Of a stretch of 64,000 nt of DNA, positions 1 to 8,323 are shown piece after piece. The stretch covers positions 384,140 to 448,139 of the forward strand of contig JBOEGF010000004.1 in NCBI GenBank assembly GCA_050633305.1. The letters run 5' to 3'. Source of the stretch: Nannocystales bacterium (GTDB lineage Bacteria > Myxococcota_A > Polyangia > Nannocystales > Nannocystaceae). A program made the translations under genes and the position numbers. The notes beneath the pieces were generated by a model that was not told the DNA's origin, made no database searches, and saw only the letters and a program-made list of their open reading frames with translations. Within the stretch, counting starts at the first letter, position 1, and every line of letters starts with the position of its first letter.

Positions 1-432
1 CTGATCGGCCGGGCAGTAGAACGGACCGGTCGCCGAGCTTGCGCGGCCGCATGCCGAGGGGACTGTGTCTCGGAACAGCTTGAGCGTTGCCTCGGTGTAC
101 GACTTCCCTCGCTCCTTGTACTGCTCTGTCCAGACGCGCTGCGCGTCGTCGAGCACCGTGGAGACCAGCCCGATCAGGGCGTCATCCTCGGGCGTGGACT
201 CCACATTCGCGCTGCCTCCCTCGCCGCCCAGCAGGCCGAGAGACCCGCCGCCGCAGTACTTGAGGCCTCCGAAGATCAGCAGGCCGACCACAGCACCGCC
301 GATGCCGAACTTCCGGAACAGCAGGGTGATCAGGCCCATGCCTCCTCCGCCAAGACCCCCTCCGCCCCCACGACCTCCGCCCCCGCGAAGGTCCTGAACG
401 TTGCTGCTGCGATAGTCCTCGTCGTACTTCAT
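1..432 (-). CDS. Neutral zinc metallopeptidase, YpfJ family (3' end runs off the window)
   Basis: Not in the ORF track. Manual translation from ATG at 432: MKYDEDYRSSNVQDLRGGGG, a Gly-rich TM segment, then VLDDAQRVW...SACGRASSATGPFYCPADQ, the characteristic YpfJ N-terminus and GPFYCP motif. Confidence 0.85.
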   Translation of the reverse strand, partial: MKYDEDYRSSNVQDLRGGGGRGGGGGLGGGGMGLITLLFRKFGIGGAVVGLLIFGGLKYCGGGSLGLLGGEGGSANVESTPEDDALIGLVSTVLDDAQRVWTEQYKERGKSYTEATLKLFRDTVPSACGRASSATGPFYCPADQ

Positions 433-530
433 CGCTCTGGCGCGAAGTCTACCCCCTGGACTCTTCCCCGACGTGTAGCACTCCGCCCCGCCCCGCGGCC
501 CACAGGGACGCGCGACAGCGCGCCCGCGGG

Positions 531-591
531 GTAGGGGACCCGAGAGCCGGCTTCGCCGGTCTCGGCGGAGGGCCGCGAGGGGCCTCCCTAC
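531..591. repeat. GC-rich palindromic element bounded by GTAGGG...CCCTAC (REP-like or terminator)
   Basis: Terminal inverted hexamers plus an inner hairpin CCGAGAGCCGGC-TTC-GCCGGTCTCGG directly after the vgrG stop; single copy in this window. Confidence 0.4.
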
Positions 592-594
592 AAC

Positions 595-2877
595 CTAATT
601 CAGTTTGACGTTGCTGCCCTTGACGATGACGTCGCCACTGCCCTTGACCTGGATTTTCTTCCCCTTGATCAAGATGTCACCGCTCTTCTTGAGCGCGATC
701 GAAGCCTTGCCGCACTTGAACGCGATCTGGGTCTTCACATCGAAGGTCAACTTCTTGTCCCCTTTGAGGACATAGTCATCCTTGGCCGTGATCGACGTCT
801 TCTTGGTGGCGGTGATGCTCATCGCGTCGCCCGCCTCGATCGTCATCTTCTTCTGCGCCTTGATCGTGATGTCCTTGGCGCACTGGAACTTGCCCGAGAG
901 GCCCGCGGTGACCGAGAAGGCTCCGACGGCAGTGATGCTCCGGCTCGCGCCGACCTTCTCGGAGTACAACCCGCCCACGGTCACCGACTTTTGCAAACCG
1001 ACGATTTCCTCGGACTTGAGCAAGACGGTGACCTTGCTGGTCTTGGCGATCGTCTGCTCGCGCTTGCCCGTGATGCTCTCGGTCACGTCTTTGGCGATCG
1101 TAATGCTCTGATTGGCGTGGCAGGTGTATGCCGCATCCCCGGTGATCGTGATGGTTTCGGTCCCCGTGACGTTCTCGGTGTGATTGCCGGTGACGTCGAT
1201 CGTCTTGTTGCCCCCGACCGTCTCAGACTGGTCGACGTCCACGGTCTTGGTGCGGTTGTTCGTGACCGCCAAGGTGTCGTCAGCCCCCACGGTGGTGGTC
1301 CGGCAGTTGAGCACGGTGTTGTTCCAGTCCTTCTGGGCATGAAGGTTGATCTCCTCGGACCCAGCAGCGTCTTCAAAGCGGAACTGGTTGAATCCACCGC
1401 CCCCCGGTGAACTGTTCGACTTCCAACCGCTCTGCGTCTTGTTGTCCGGGAGCGGGAACGGGGCAGCGTTGTCACCGTTGTAGACGCAGCCGGTCACCAG
1501 CGGACGATCGGGGTTGCCCTCGAGGAACTGCACGACCACCTCCATTCCGATCCGAGGAATGAACTGGGTGCCCCACGAGGGCCCCGCCCAGCTTTGGGCG
1601 ACACGAACCCAGCACGAGGAGGTGTCGTCGAACGTCATTTCCTCTTCCCAGTGGAACTGCACCATGATCCGGCCGTGCTCATCGGTGTGGATCTCGTCGC
1701 CAGCGGGGCCGCACACCGTCGCGGTCTGAGGACCTCGGATCCGGGGTTTGGGCGTGCGCTGGAGCGGGCGGACCGGCAACTCGAGCGGCTGGACCTCGAT
1801 GCGGTTGCGATACCGACTCTCGTCGCCTCCCTCGGCGACGTTGACGATGACCTCAGGCTGCTGGGACATGTGCACAACCCGGGTCAGGATGAACTTCGTC
1901 TCGAGGTCCACCTTGTGGTGACGCTCGAGTTCGAAGAACTTCCCTGCCCGCATCGTGTGGGCGTTTCCTTCGCCCCGGACCGTGTTCGCACGGGTTTGCG
2001 CCGCCTGCAGAGCATCGGTGGTTCGATCTGAGACGTCATCCGCGATGTATCGGCGACGCATCGAGTCGTAGATCCGGCGGGTGAATCCTGCCTCATCGTG
2101 CTCGATATCTTCCGTCCCGGTCAGCGGCTCGAGCGGCGTCAGGAAGTCGTAGTCCTGCCGCAAGCTCGCGGTCGGAACCAGAGCGATTTTCTGCTCGAAC
2201 GACTGGACCGAGAGGAGTTCGGCCAAGCCCGCACGTGTCGTGATCATCGGGAACACCGAGGTGTCATCGATGTTCATGGCCTCGAGCAACTCGTCGTTCT
2301 CGTGGATGAGGACCATCTTCTCGACATCCCCCTCGTGGTCGAAGATGTACGAGATTCCCTCTTCCTCGAGCAGGCGGCAGACGAAGTCGAAGTCGCTCTC
2401 CCCGTATTGCACGCAGTAGTCACGGGCCGCCGCACCCCGGGCCGCGGTCCCGGTGTCGAGCGCCCGGCCATACGGGCCAAGGAAGTCCCCGAGGACCTCT
2501 CCGACAATCTCGAGCACCGTCATGTCCTGGAACATGCGGTGCTGCGTGTTCTGGCGGGCGAGCGTGAAGGCGGGCGCCAGTCGCAGCCGGATCATCACCT
2601 GGTCCTCGGTCCGACCGATGAAGTCGACCTCGACCACGATGCCGTGGAGGACCTCGGGCACGCCGCCCTCGCGCACCCACTCCACGGTCGCGGACTGCCC
2701 CAGGAATGTGTCGGTCGCAGCATCGAGGCTGTGGCTGACCAGATCGACGGTGGCGTCGTAGGGCCGGTTGATCGCTTCCTCCAAGTAGAAGCGGTAGACG
2801 CTCCACGAACCCGCCTCCGGGCCGGCATCGCAGATGAACATGTGGTCGATCTGAGGAAGCGGGGACACCGCGTCCAT
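595..2877 (-). CDS. vgrG: Type VI secretion system tip protein VgrG/TssI
   Basis: Motifs YCVQYGESDFDFVCRLLEEEGI, GPQTATVCGPAGDEIHTDEHGRI, WVRVAQSWAG, FIPRIGMEVVVQFLEGNPDRP, HAQKD and Gp5-like C-terminal beta repeats. Start moved to ATG 2877 (GGGGAGG SD upstream); the longer track ORF overlaps real + strand genes. Confidence 0.95.
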   Translation of the reverse strand: MDAVSPLPQIDHMFICDAGPEAGSWSVYRFYLEEAINRPYDATVDLVSHSLDAATDTFLGQSATVEWVREGGVPEVLHGIVVEVDFIGRTEDQVMIRLRLAPAFTLARQNTQHRMFQDMTVLEIVGEVLGDFLGPYGRALDTGTAARGAAARDYCVQYGESDFDFVCRLLEEEGISYIFDHEGDVEKMVLIHENDELLEAMNIDDTSVFPMITTRAGLAELLSVQSFEQKIALVPTASLRQDYDFLTPLEPLTGTEDIEHDEAGFTRRIYDSMRRRYIADDVSDRTTDALQAAQTRANTVRGEGNAHTMRAGKFFELERHHKVDLETKFILTRVVHMSQQPEVIVNVAEGGDESRYRNRIEVQPLELPVRPLQRTPKPRIRGPQTATVCGPAGDEIHTDEHGRIMVQFHWEEEMTFDDTSSCWVRVAQSWAGPSWGTQFIPRIGMEVVVQFLEGNPDRPLVTGCVYNGDNAAPFPLPDNKTQSGWKSNSSPGGGGFNQFRFEDAAGSEEINLHAQKDWNNTVLNCRTTTVGADDTLAVTNNRTKTVDVDQSETVGGNKTIDVTGNHTENVTGTETITITGDAAYTCHANQSITIAKDVTESITGKREQTIAKTSKVTVLLKSEEIVGLQKSVTVGGLYSEKVGASRSITAVGAFSVTAGLSGKFQCAKDITIKAQKKMTIEAGDAMSITATKKTSITAKDDYVLKGDKKLTFDVKTQIAFKCGKASIALKKSGDILIKGKKIQVKGSGDVIVKGSNVKLN

Positions 2878-2976
2878 TGTCCCTCCCCCAGGGCTGAACG
2901 CCAAGGACAGGGCAGTCTCATCGCCGGCCGGCCAGCCTCGGGAGCATCGCCGGTTATTTGGACCGATCCCCCGCCC

Positions 2977-3867
2977 ATGCGACGCCAGAGACCCGTGGCA
3001 CGCACGAGAACCTCCCGGTATCGGCCCGTAAAACGGCCCAAGGTCGCATCCCTGTTCTGCGCCGAGGGCCTGCGCGCGCCGGCCTGCGTCGTACTGGACG
3101 CACTGGGAGTGCGAGGGTGGAAAGTGTCCTTGCGGACTGGCGACGCGGCTCGGGAGGCGCTCAAGCGCTTCAGAGATCCCGACGCTGGCCTCCGGGTCTT
3201 GTTCCTCTCCGAGCCGCTGGACCCCCCGTCCCGGGAAGCCCTTCGGCGCGCGCTCGACCCGCTGCAGCGAGGAGACCTGCTCATCGTCGACTTCTTCACG
3301 CCCCGGTCGGTGGTGGAGAACATCCTGAAGTTCTCCGGGTATCGCGTCGGACCACGTCGGCCCTCGCGGGGCCGCCGAACGACCCGTAGCTACCTCGCTC
3401 AGCCCACCCTGGTCGAGAACGCAGTCGATGTCGGGTACTGGTCCCGGTACGGGGTCGGTGCCGCAGCGGCCGGTGTTGCCATCTTGGGCGGTATGTCCAC
3501 GTTCGTGGCTGTGGGAGGGGTATCCAGCATCGCGCCGGCCGCAAGCGAAACCGTCGTCGCCGCCCCTGCCCAGCCTCAGGCTGCCTCCCGGCTCGTCGAT
3601 CACACGGCCCTGTCGGCCACGCGTCCCGTGCTCGACGCCCCGGCATTGCCGCGCGCCCCCAGACCCCCTGAGCCGCCCGCCAACGCGGAGATCCCTGAGG
3701 AGCCCGCGGCGGTTCTCGAAGACGTCCCACTCCCGGAGGTTCCGGTCGAAGGACTCGTCGCCGTCGAGCGCCCGCGAGCCGTGCCCGCCAGCATCGGCCG
3801 CGGGGGTGCACCGGGGCTCCCCCACGCCCCCTCCCTGCACACCGTCGACCCCTTCGAGACCCCATAG
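2977..3867 (+). CDS. Hypothetical membrane protein (alpha/beta N-domain, one TM, Pro-rich tail ending VDPFETP)
   Basis: 3' part of track ORF 2098..3867 outside the vgrG overlap; TM YGVGAAAAGVAILGGMSTFVAVGGV; divergent from vgrG. Confidence 0.6.
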   Translation: MRRQRPVARTRTSRYRPVKRPKVASLFCAEGLRAPACVVLDALGVRGWKVSLRTGDAAREALKRFRDPDAGLRVLFLSEPLDPPSREALRRALDPLQRGDLLIVDFFTPRSVVENILKFSGYRVGPRRPSRGRRTTRSYLAQPTLVENAVDVGYWSRYGVGAAAAGVAILGGMSTFVAVGGVSSIAPAASETVVAAPAQPQAASRLVDHTALSATRPVLDAPALPRAPRPPEPPANAEIPEEPAAVLEDVPLPEVPVEGLVAVERPRAVPASIGRGGAPGLPHAPSLHTVDPFETP

Positions 3868-3916
3868 AAACGCGACTTGCTGGTCTGGCTGCGCTGGTCG
3901 ATAGTGGAGCGCGGGC

Positions 3917-4600
3917 ATGTCTCGGTTCAGCGTTCTTCTCGCCGCGTTGTGGTTGCACACCGGCTGCACCGACCCCTCCATTGAGCTGCCGAGGGACGCC
4001 GCCCGCCCCCTGTCCCCTCCGGCGGTCGCCATTGCACACGCCAGCGGCGCCCCGACGTCGTCCGAGGAACCGGCGACCCCGCTCGATCCGGAGCCGCCCA
4101 AAGCCGCGACGGATCTGTCCGGCGGAGTCCGTCGAGTCTCCAAGAAGACGATCCGCGCGAGTGTCGAACCCTTGCTCAGGGGCCGCGCCCTCGCCCACCG
4201 GGTGTATGAGGCGCGCTTCGGCCCAACGGTGCGCACCGATGCTCCGACCGCGGTGGTCCTGACGCGAGGGGGACAACCACCGGAACTCGGTGGATTTGCG
4301 CTCAGCGACGGTGAGTCCTTCCCGCTTCCCCGGCTGCACGACGGCGAGACGCCGCTGCATCGCGTCGCGGCAGTCATGTTCCGCAATGTCGATGGCGATG
4401 CCGACCGCGAGGTCATCGCCATTGTCGCCTACGCGGACGAAGACCCCGAAGCGCCGCCCTACTTTTCCAACGTTGTCTTGGATTGGGATGCGCCGCGGGG
4501 CCGATTCGTCCGCCTCGAACAGCTCGAGGGCGAAGTCGAAGCCCTGCACACTGCAGGAGAAGTCCTCGCCCGACTCCGAGATATCCGAGAGTCGGGCTAG
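3917..4600 (+). CDS. Hypothetical lipoprotein
   Basis: Signal MSRFSVLLAALWLHTGC; DxDGD-type loop (NVDGDADREV). Confidence 0.65.
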   Translation: MSRFSVLLAALWLHTGCTDPSIELPRDAARPLSPPAVAIAHASGAPTSSEEPATPLDPEPPKAATDLSGGVRRVSKKTIRASVEPLLRGRALAHRVYEARFGPTVRTDAPTAVVLTRGGQPPELGGFALSDGESFPLPRLHDGETPLHRVAAVMFRNVDGDADREVIAIVAYADEDPEAPPYFSNVVLDWDAPRGRFVRLEQLEGEVEALHTAGEVLARLRDIRESG

Positions 4601-4609
4601 CTGGAGCCC

Positions 4610-5386
4610 CTAGCCTTCGAGGATCGAAGCGCTCTTGATGTAGTCGAGCTCCGGGAAGTCCTTCTTGAGGTACTTGTTTCCTTCGCTCTGGATGCGTCCC
4701 TGCGACGGCCCGCGTCCGCGGGGAGCACCCTCGCCGTAGCCCTTGTAGAGGCTGTCGACGATGTCCATGCCTTCGACAACCTCGCCGAAGGGTGCGAACC
4801 CCATCCCGTCCAGGTTGGCGTTGTTCTTGAAGTTGATGAACACCTGGGTGGTCCGGGTGTTGGGGTTGTTCTGCTTGGCGAACGTCACCATCCCGCGCTT
4901 GTTGCTGCCCTTGACCGGGTCGTCGTCGATCTGCGCAGCGCGCCACTTGCTGTTGACCTGGGGTTCGGCATGCAGGCCGAACTGCACCATGAAGCCGTCG
5001 ATGACGCGGAAGAAGCCGGCATCGTTGAAGAAGCCGATCTTCACCAGGTTGAAGAACCGATCCGCGCCCAACGGAGCCTGATCTCGCTTGACCTCGATGA
5101 CGAAGTCGCCCTTCGTGGTCTCGAACTTCACCTTGTAGGTGTCGGGCGCTGTTTCGACCGCCTTGGAGGGGTCGAGCAGGCGAGGGTCGATGTCTCCGGC
5201 GTCGGCTTTCGCGTCGTCTTTCTTCGGCGCGTCAGCCTTCGCGGCGTCCTTCTTCGGCGCGTCAGCCTTCGCGGCGCCAGCTTTCGGATCCGCCTTGGCG
5301 GCTGTTGCGTCGTCGGCCTTCTTTTCCGGAGCCTTCGAGTCGCACGCAGCGAGTGCCATCACCATGATGAGAGCGAGACGAGTCAT
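4610..5386 (-). CDS. Cyclophilin-type peptidyl-prolyl cis-trans isomerase, lipoprotein
   Basis: FETTKGDF, FFRVIDGFMVQFG, NKRGMVTFA, TRTTQVFIN, FAPFGEVVEGMD; lipobox LAAC after ATG 5386; KADAPKKD repeats in the linker. Confidence 0.93.
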   Translation of the reverse strand: MTRLALIMVMALAACDSKAPEKKADDATAAKADPKAGAAKADAPKKDAAKADAPKKDDAKADAGDIDPRLLDPSKAVETAPDTYKVKFETTKGDFVIEVKRDQAPLGADRFFNLVKIGFFNDAGFFRVIDGFMVQFGLHAEPQVNSKWRAAQIDDDPVKGSNKRGMVTFAKQNNPNTRTTQVFINFKNNANLDGMGFAPFGEVVEGMDIVDSLYKGYGEGAPRGRGPSQGRIQSEGNKYLKKDFPELDYIKSASILEG

Positions 5387-5441
5387 CGGCCGGCGTATAC
5401 CATGCGCGAGTGCGCGCGGGCTTTGGTAGGCTGCCGCCGCC

Positions 5442-5747
5442 ATGGACATCGAGCAGCTCGTCCTCCGCGTCGTTCGCGACGCCGTCGCCCGCCGGAGCTA
5501 TCGGATGCCGATGCGGACCGCCGCGGTGGGCTCCAACGGCGCGGTGTTGTTCAGCGAGTTCACCGCCCCGCCCTTCGGCGCGAGCAAGGGCTCGATCACG
5601 CAAACCCACGTGACCGGCAAGATCCCCGACGAGGGATTCGAGGCGCCCATCCACGTCATGATCACGGACGCGACCGGGCGAGCCACGGTGGCGATGTTCA
5701 GGGGCACCGGAGATCCGGTCTACCTCGACCAGCTTGCCAAGGCGTAA
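5442..5747 (+). CDS. Hypothetical protein (101 aa)
   Basis: ATG-started ORF with GC3-rich codons filling the gap, divergent from the cyclophilin. Confidence 0.55.
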   Translation: MDIEQLVLRVVRDAVARRSYRMPMRTAAVGSNGAVLFSEFTAPPFGASKGSITQTHVTGKIPDEGFEAPIHVMITDATGRATVAMFRGTGDPVYLDQLAKA

Positions 5748-5911
5748 CCGCGCCTTCGAAGCAACTTTTACAAGCCACACGCACACGCTTGGCATAACTA
5801 GGGTTTTGCGGATCCAAGCGCGCCGCAACGCAACCGGCAACTGCGGCCGAGGAACGACCCTCCCTGCCTTTTCTTGGATGCCCGATCCGCGTGTCCTACA
5901 GGTGGGACACG

Positions 5912-6355
5912 ATGCTGACACGGACACGGAACCGCGGTTGTGCACTGCTTGCGCTCACGATGTTTGCGGGATGTGCGGGGGCCGAGACCGATCCTCTCGG
6001 CGGCGAGCCCGACCTCGCGGAGTTTGTCCGCGACGAGCCCGTCCGAGGAGACCTGTTCATCGAGTTCACGGACGCCCGTGGGGAGCCCCTGTACCCGGAG
6101 TCGATCGAGATCTCCGTCGACGGGGCCGAGAGCACCGACGTCGAGTGCATGACCACGGACGAAGGTTTCTGTACGACCTGGCTTGGCGGTTTTGAGGCGC
6201 TGGAGCGGGTCACGGTCTGGGCGAACTCGTGCGGTCATCGCTTTGGTACAGCGCTGCCGCTGGGGCCCGATGTCGACGAGCGGGCGCCGTACCAAGCGGC
6301 AGTGACCATCGTCGGAGTGTCCGGTCTGTGCCGGCCATCAGAACCGGCCCTGTGA
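5912..6355 (+). CDS. Hypothetical lipoprotein
   Basis: MLTRTRNRGCALLALTMFAGC lipobox; acidic beta-rich body with four Cys. Confidence 0.65.
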   Translation: MLTRTRNRGCALLALTMFAGCAGAETDPLGGEPDLAEFVRDEPVRGDLFIEFTDARGEPLYPESIEISVDGAESTDVECMTTDEGFCTTWLGGFEALERVTVWANSCGHRFGTALPLGPDVDERAPYQAAVTIVGVSGLCRPSEPAL

Positions 6356-6609
6356 CATTTTTGTCGTGGAGCGCCGGAGCGCATTCGCCCTAGAGCCGGC
6401 TGCCTTTGCCGTCTGAGGATGATTGCACGGCGCTCGAAGCCGGCTATCGTCGAGTCCATATCGGGGACGCGTCCACACTCCCTCAACACTCTGTTCAATG
6501 TTGCACAGAGTTTGTTGCAGGTTTCAGATTCTCGGTCAGCGTTGGGTCGCAGCCCAACCGGCCCGAGCCTTGGAGCCGAGGGACGTCCCCAACACGAGGA
6601 CTACGACTG

Positions 6610-8184
6610 ATGACTATCTATAAATCCAGCGCACTCACTCTCTGCTCGTTGCTGACCCTGGCGGGATGCCCGTCCGATGACACCGGCGAGGGCACAGGAT
6701 CGTCCGACACCGACCCGACGACGGGCGTGGCCCCAACCACCGGCACCGACACCGTCGACGAGACCGACACGGTCGATCCTGACACGACCGACACGGATCC
6801 GGATACCGATACTGACACGGACACCGACACTGCGGCCGACGGGGCCCTCATCCGGGTCGTTCACGGCTCGCCCGGCGCCCCCGCGGTCGACATCTGGGTC
6901 ATGGACGACGACGCCCCGGTCCTCGAAGGCCTCGCGTACGGCGACGCCTCCGAGTACCTCGACGTCCCCGCCGGTGACTACGTCTTTGAGGTCCGCGCCG
7001 CGGGCGATGCGGCCGACGTCGAGCCTCTCTACTCCACCGACTCACTGACCCTGGCAGTGGGCGACAGCATCACGGCCATCGCCGCAGGCCAGGTTGGCGG
7101 TGAAGACGACGCGGCCTTCCGCGTCCTGGCCCTGGCCGACGGGTTCGACGATCCCGGCGAAGGCGCGATCGCCCGGATCGTGCACGCCGGATCCGATGCG
7201 CCCGCGGTCGACATCGACGTCGGCAACGACGGGTCTTCGGAGCTTGAAGGGGTCGCGCTGTACGCGGATTCCGGAGCCGCGGGCGTCGCCCTGCCCGCCG
7301 GAGAGGCGCTTCAGGTTGGCATTCTCGATGCGGGCGCACCGCTCACTGCGTTCACCACCCCAGAGCTGCCCGCCGGCGGTGAGCTGTACATCATCGCCAC
7401 GGGGCTCACGGCAGACATGCCGCGTACGGAGTCGGGCTTCTCCTTGCTCGCGGTCGGGCCCGAGGGCGCCATTGGCTTCATCCGGCAGAACCCACGCGTT
7501 TACGCTCTTCACGCGGGCACCGACGCCCCCGCGGTCGACATCTGCGTCGCGGGTGCTCCTCTGCTGACGGGAGTCGAGTTCGGCGCCATGGGCGGCGTTC
7601 AGGTCCCGCCAGGGGAGTACACGCTCGACATCCACGCAACCGGCGATGAGGATTGCGCGGGCGAGCCTGCGTTCTCGGCGGACTCCCCCGCGCTCGAGGC
7701 AGGCGAGCAGTACCTGGCCGCCGCGGCCGGGGAACTTGCGACGGACGACGGCGGAGACGGTCCCAACCCGGACTTCACCGTGGAGTTCTTCACCGAGGGG
7801 TTCACCTATGACCCCGCCAGCACCGACGCTTCGCTTCGGGTGATTCACGCAGCTTCGGCTCCGGCTGTGACGGCGGGCGCGCTGGACGAGAATGGTCAGA
7901 TCGCCGACTCCTTGTTCCAGACGATCTCGTTCCCCAACGAGACCGGCGAGTTCGCGCTTCCCGGTGGTGAGTACGTCGTAGGCTTGGCCGGCTCCCGAGG
8001 CGTGGTCCTCCCGGCCGACCCGATCGCCGCATTCGGCGTGACGGCGCCCGCTGGAGTCTCGGCCTGGGTCGTCGCGAATGGCTCGCTCGACTCCACGGAC
8101 GGCGACCAAGACTTCGGTCTGAGCGCCATCATCGTGAGCCCCGGTCCCTGGACCCTCCTGCCCCTGGCCCCCGCAGCCGAGTGA
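6610..8184 (+). CDS. DUF4397 multi-repeat lipoprotein
   Basis: GAGGA SD; lipobox LAGC; Thr/Asp linker; four repeats RVVHGSPGAPAVDI / RIVHAGSDAPAVDI / YALHAGTDAPAVDI / RVIHAASAPAV. Confidence 0.85.
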   Translation: MTIYKSSALTLCSLLTLAGCPSDDTGEGTGSSDTDPTTGVAPTTGTDTVDETDTVDPDTTDTDPDTDTDTDTDTAADGALIRVVHGSPGAPAVDIWVMDDDAPVLEGLAYGDASEYLDVPAGDYVFEVRAAGDAADVEPLYSTDSLTLAVGDSITAIAAGQVGGEDDAAFRVLALADGFDDPGEGAIARIVHAGSDAPAVDIDVGNDGSSELEGVALYADSGAAGVALPAGEALQVGILDAGAPLTAFTTPELPAGGELYIIATGLTADMPRTESGFSLLAVGPEGAIGFIRQNPRVYALHAGTDAPAVDICVAGAPLLTGVEFGAMGGVQVPPGEYTLDIHATGDEDCAGEPAFSADSPALEAGEQYLAAAAGELATDDGGDGPNPDFTVEFFTEGFTYDPASTDASLRVIHAASAPAVTAGALDENGQIADSLFQTISFPNETGEFALPGGEYVVGLAGSRGVVLPADPIAAFGVTAPAGVSAWVVANGSLDSTDGDQDFGLSAIIVSPGPWTLLPLAPAAE

Positions 8185-8205
8185 TCTGCGCAGCCTAAGT
8201 CCAGG

Positions 8206-8239
8206 AAGGGAGGTGGCCCGCGGGCCGCCTCCCTTTTTT
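8206..8239 (+). terminator. Rho-independent terminator
   Basis: AAGGGAGGTGGCC-CGCG-GGCCGCCTCCC followed by TTTTTT, about 20 nt after the stop. Confidence 0.85.
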
Positions 8240-8323
8240 CGTGGACGCGCGGCCTCGGATCAGAGGGCGGCCCAGCTTGGTCCACCCGCGCCTCGGCTCC
8301 TTTGCCCGCGGTACGCTGGACCG

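Noticed and set aside
2878..4422. Apparent 515-aa N-terminal extension of VgrG in the ORF track
   Set aside because: It is the antisense shadow of two + strand genes; a good SD and ATG lie at 2877 where VgrG similarity begins.
5789..5810. Possible sigma54 promoter TTGGCATAACTAGGGTTTTGC
   Set aside because: GG-to-GC spacing is 15 nt rather than the required 10; no convincing -24/-12 site was found by eye in the intergenic regions checked.
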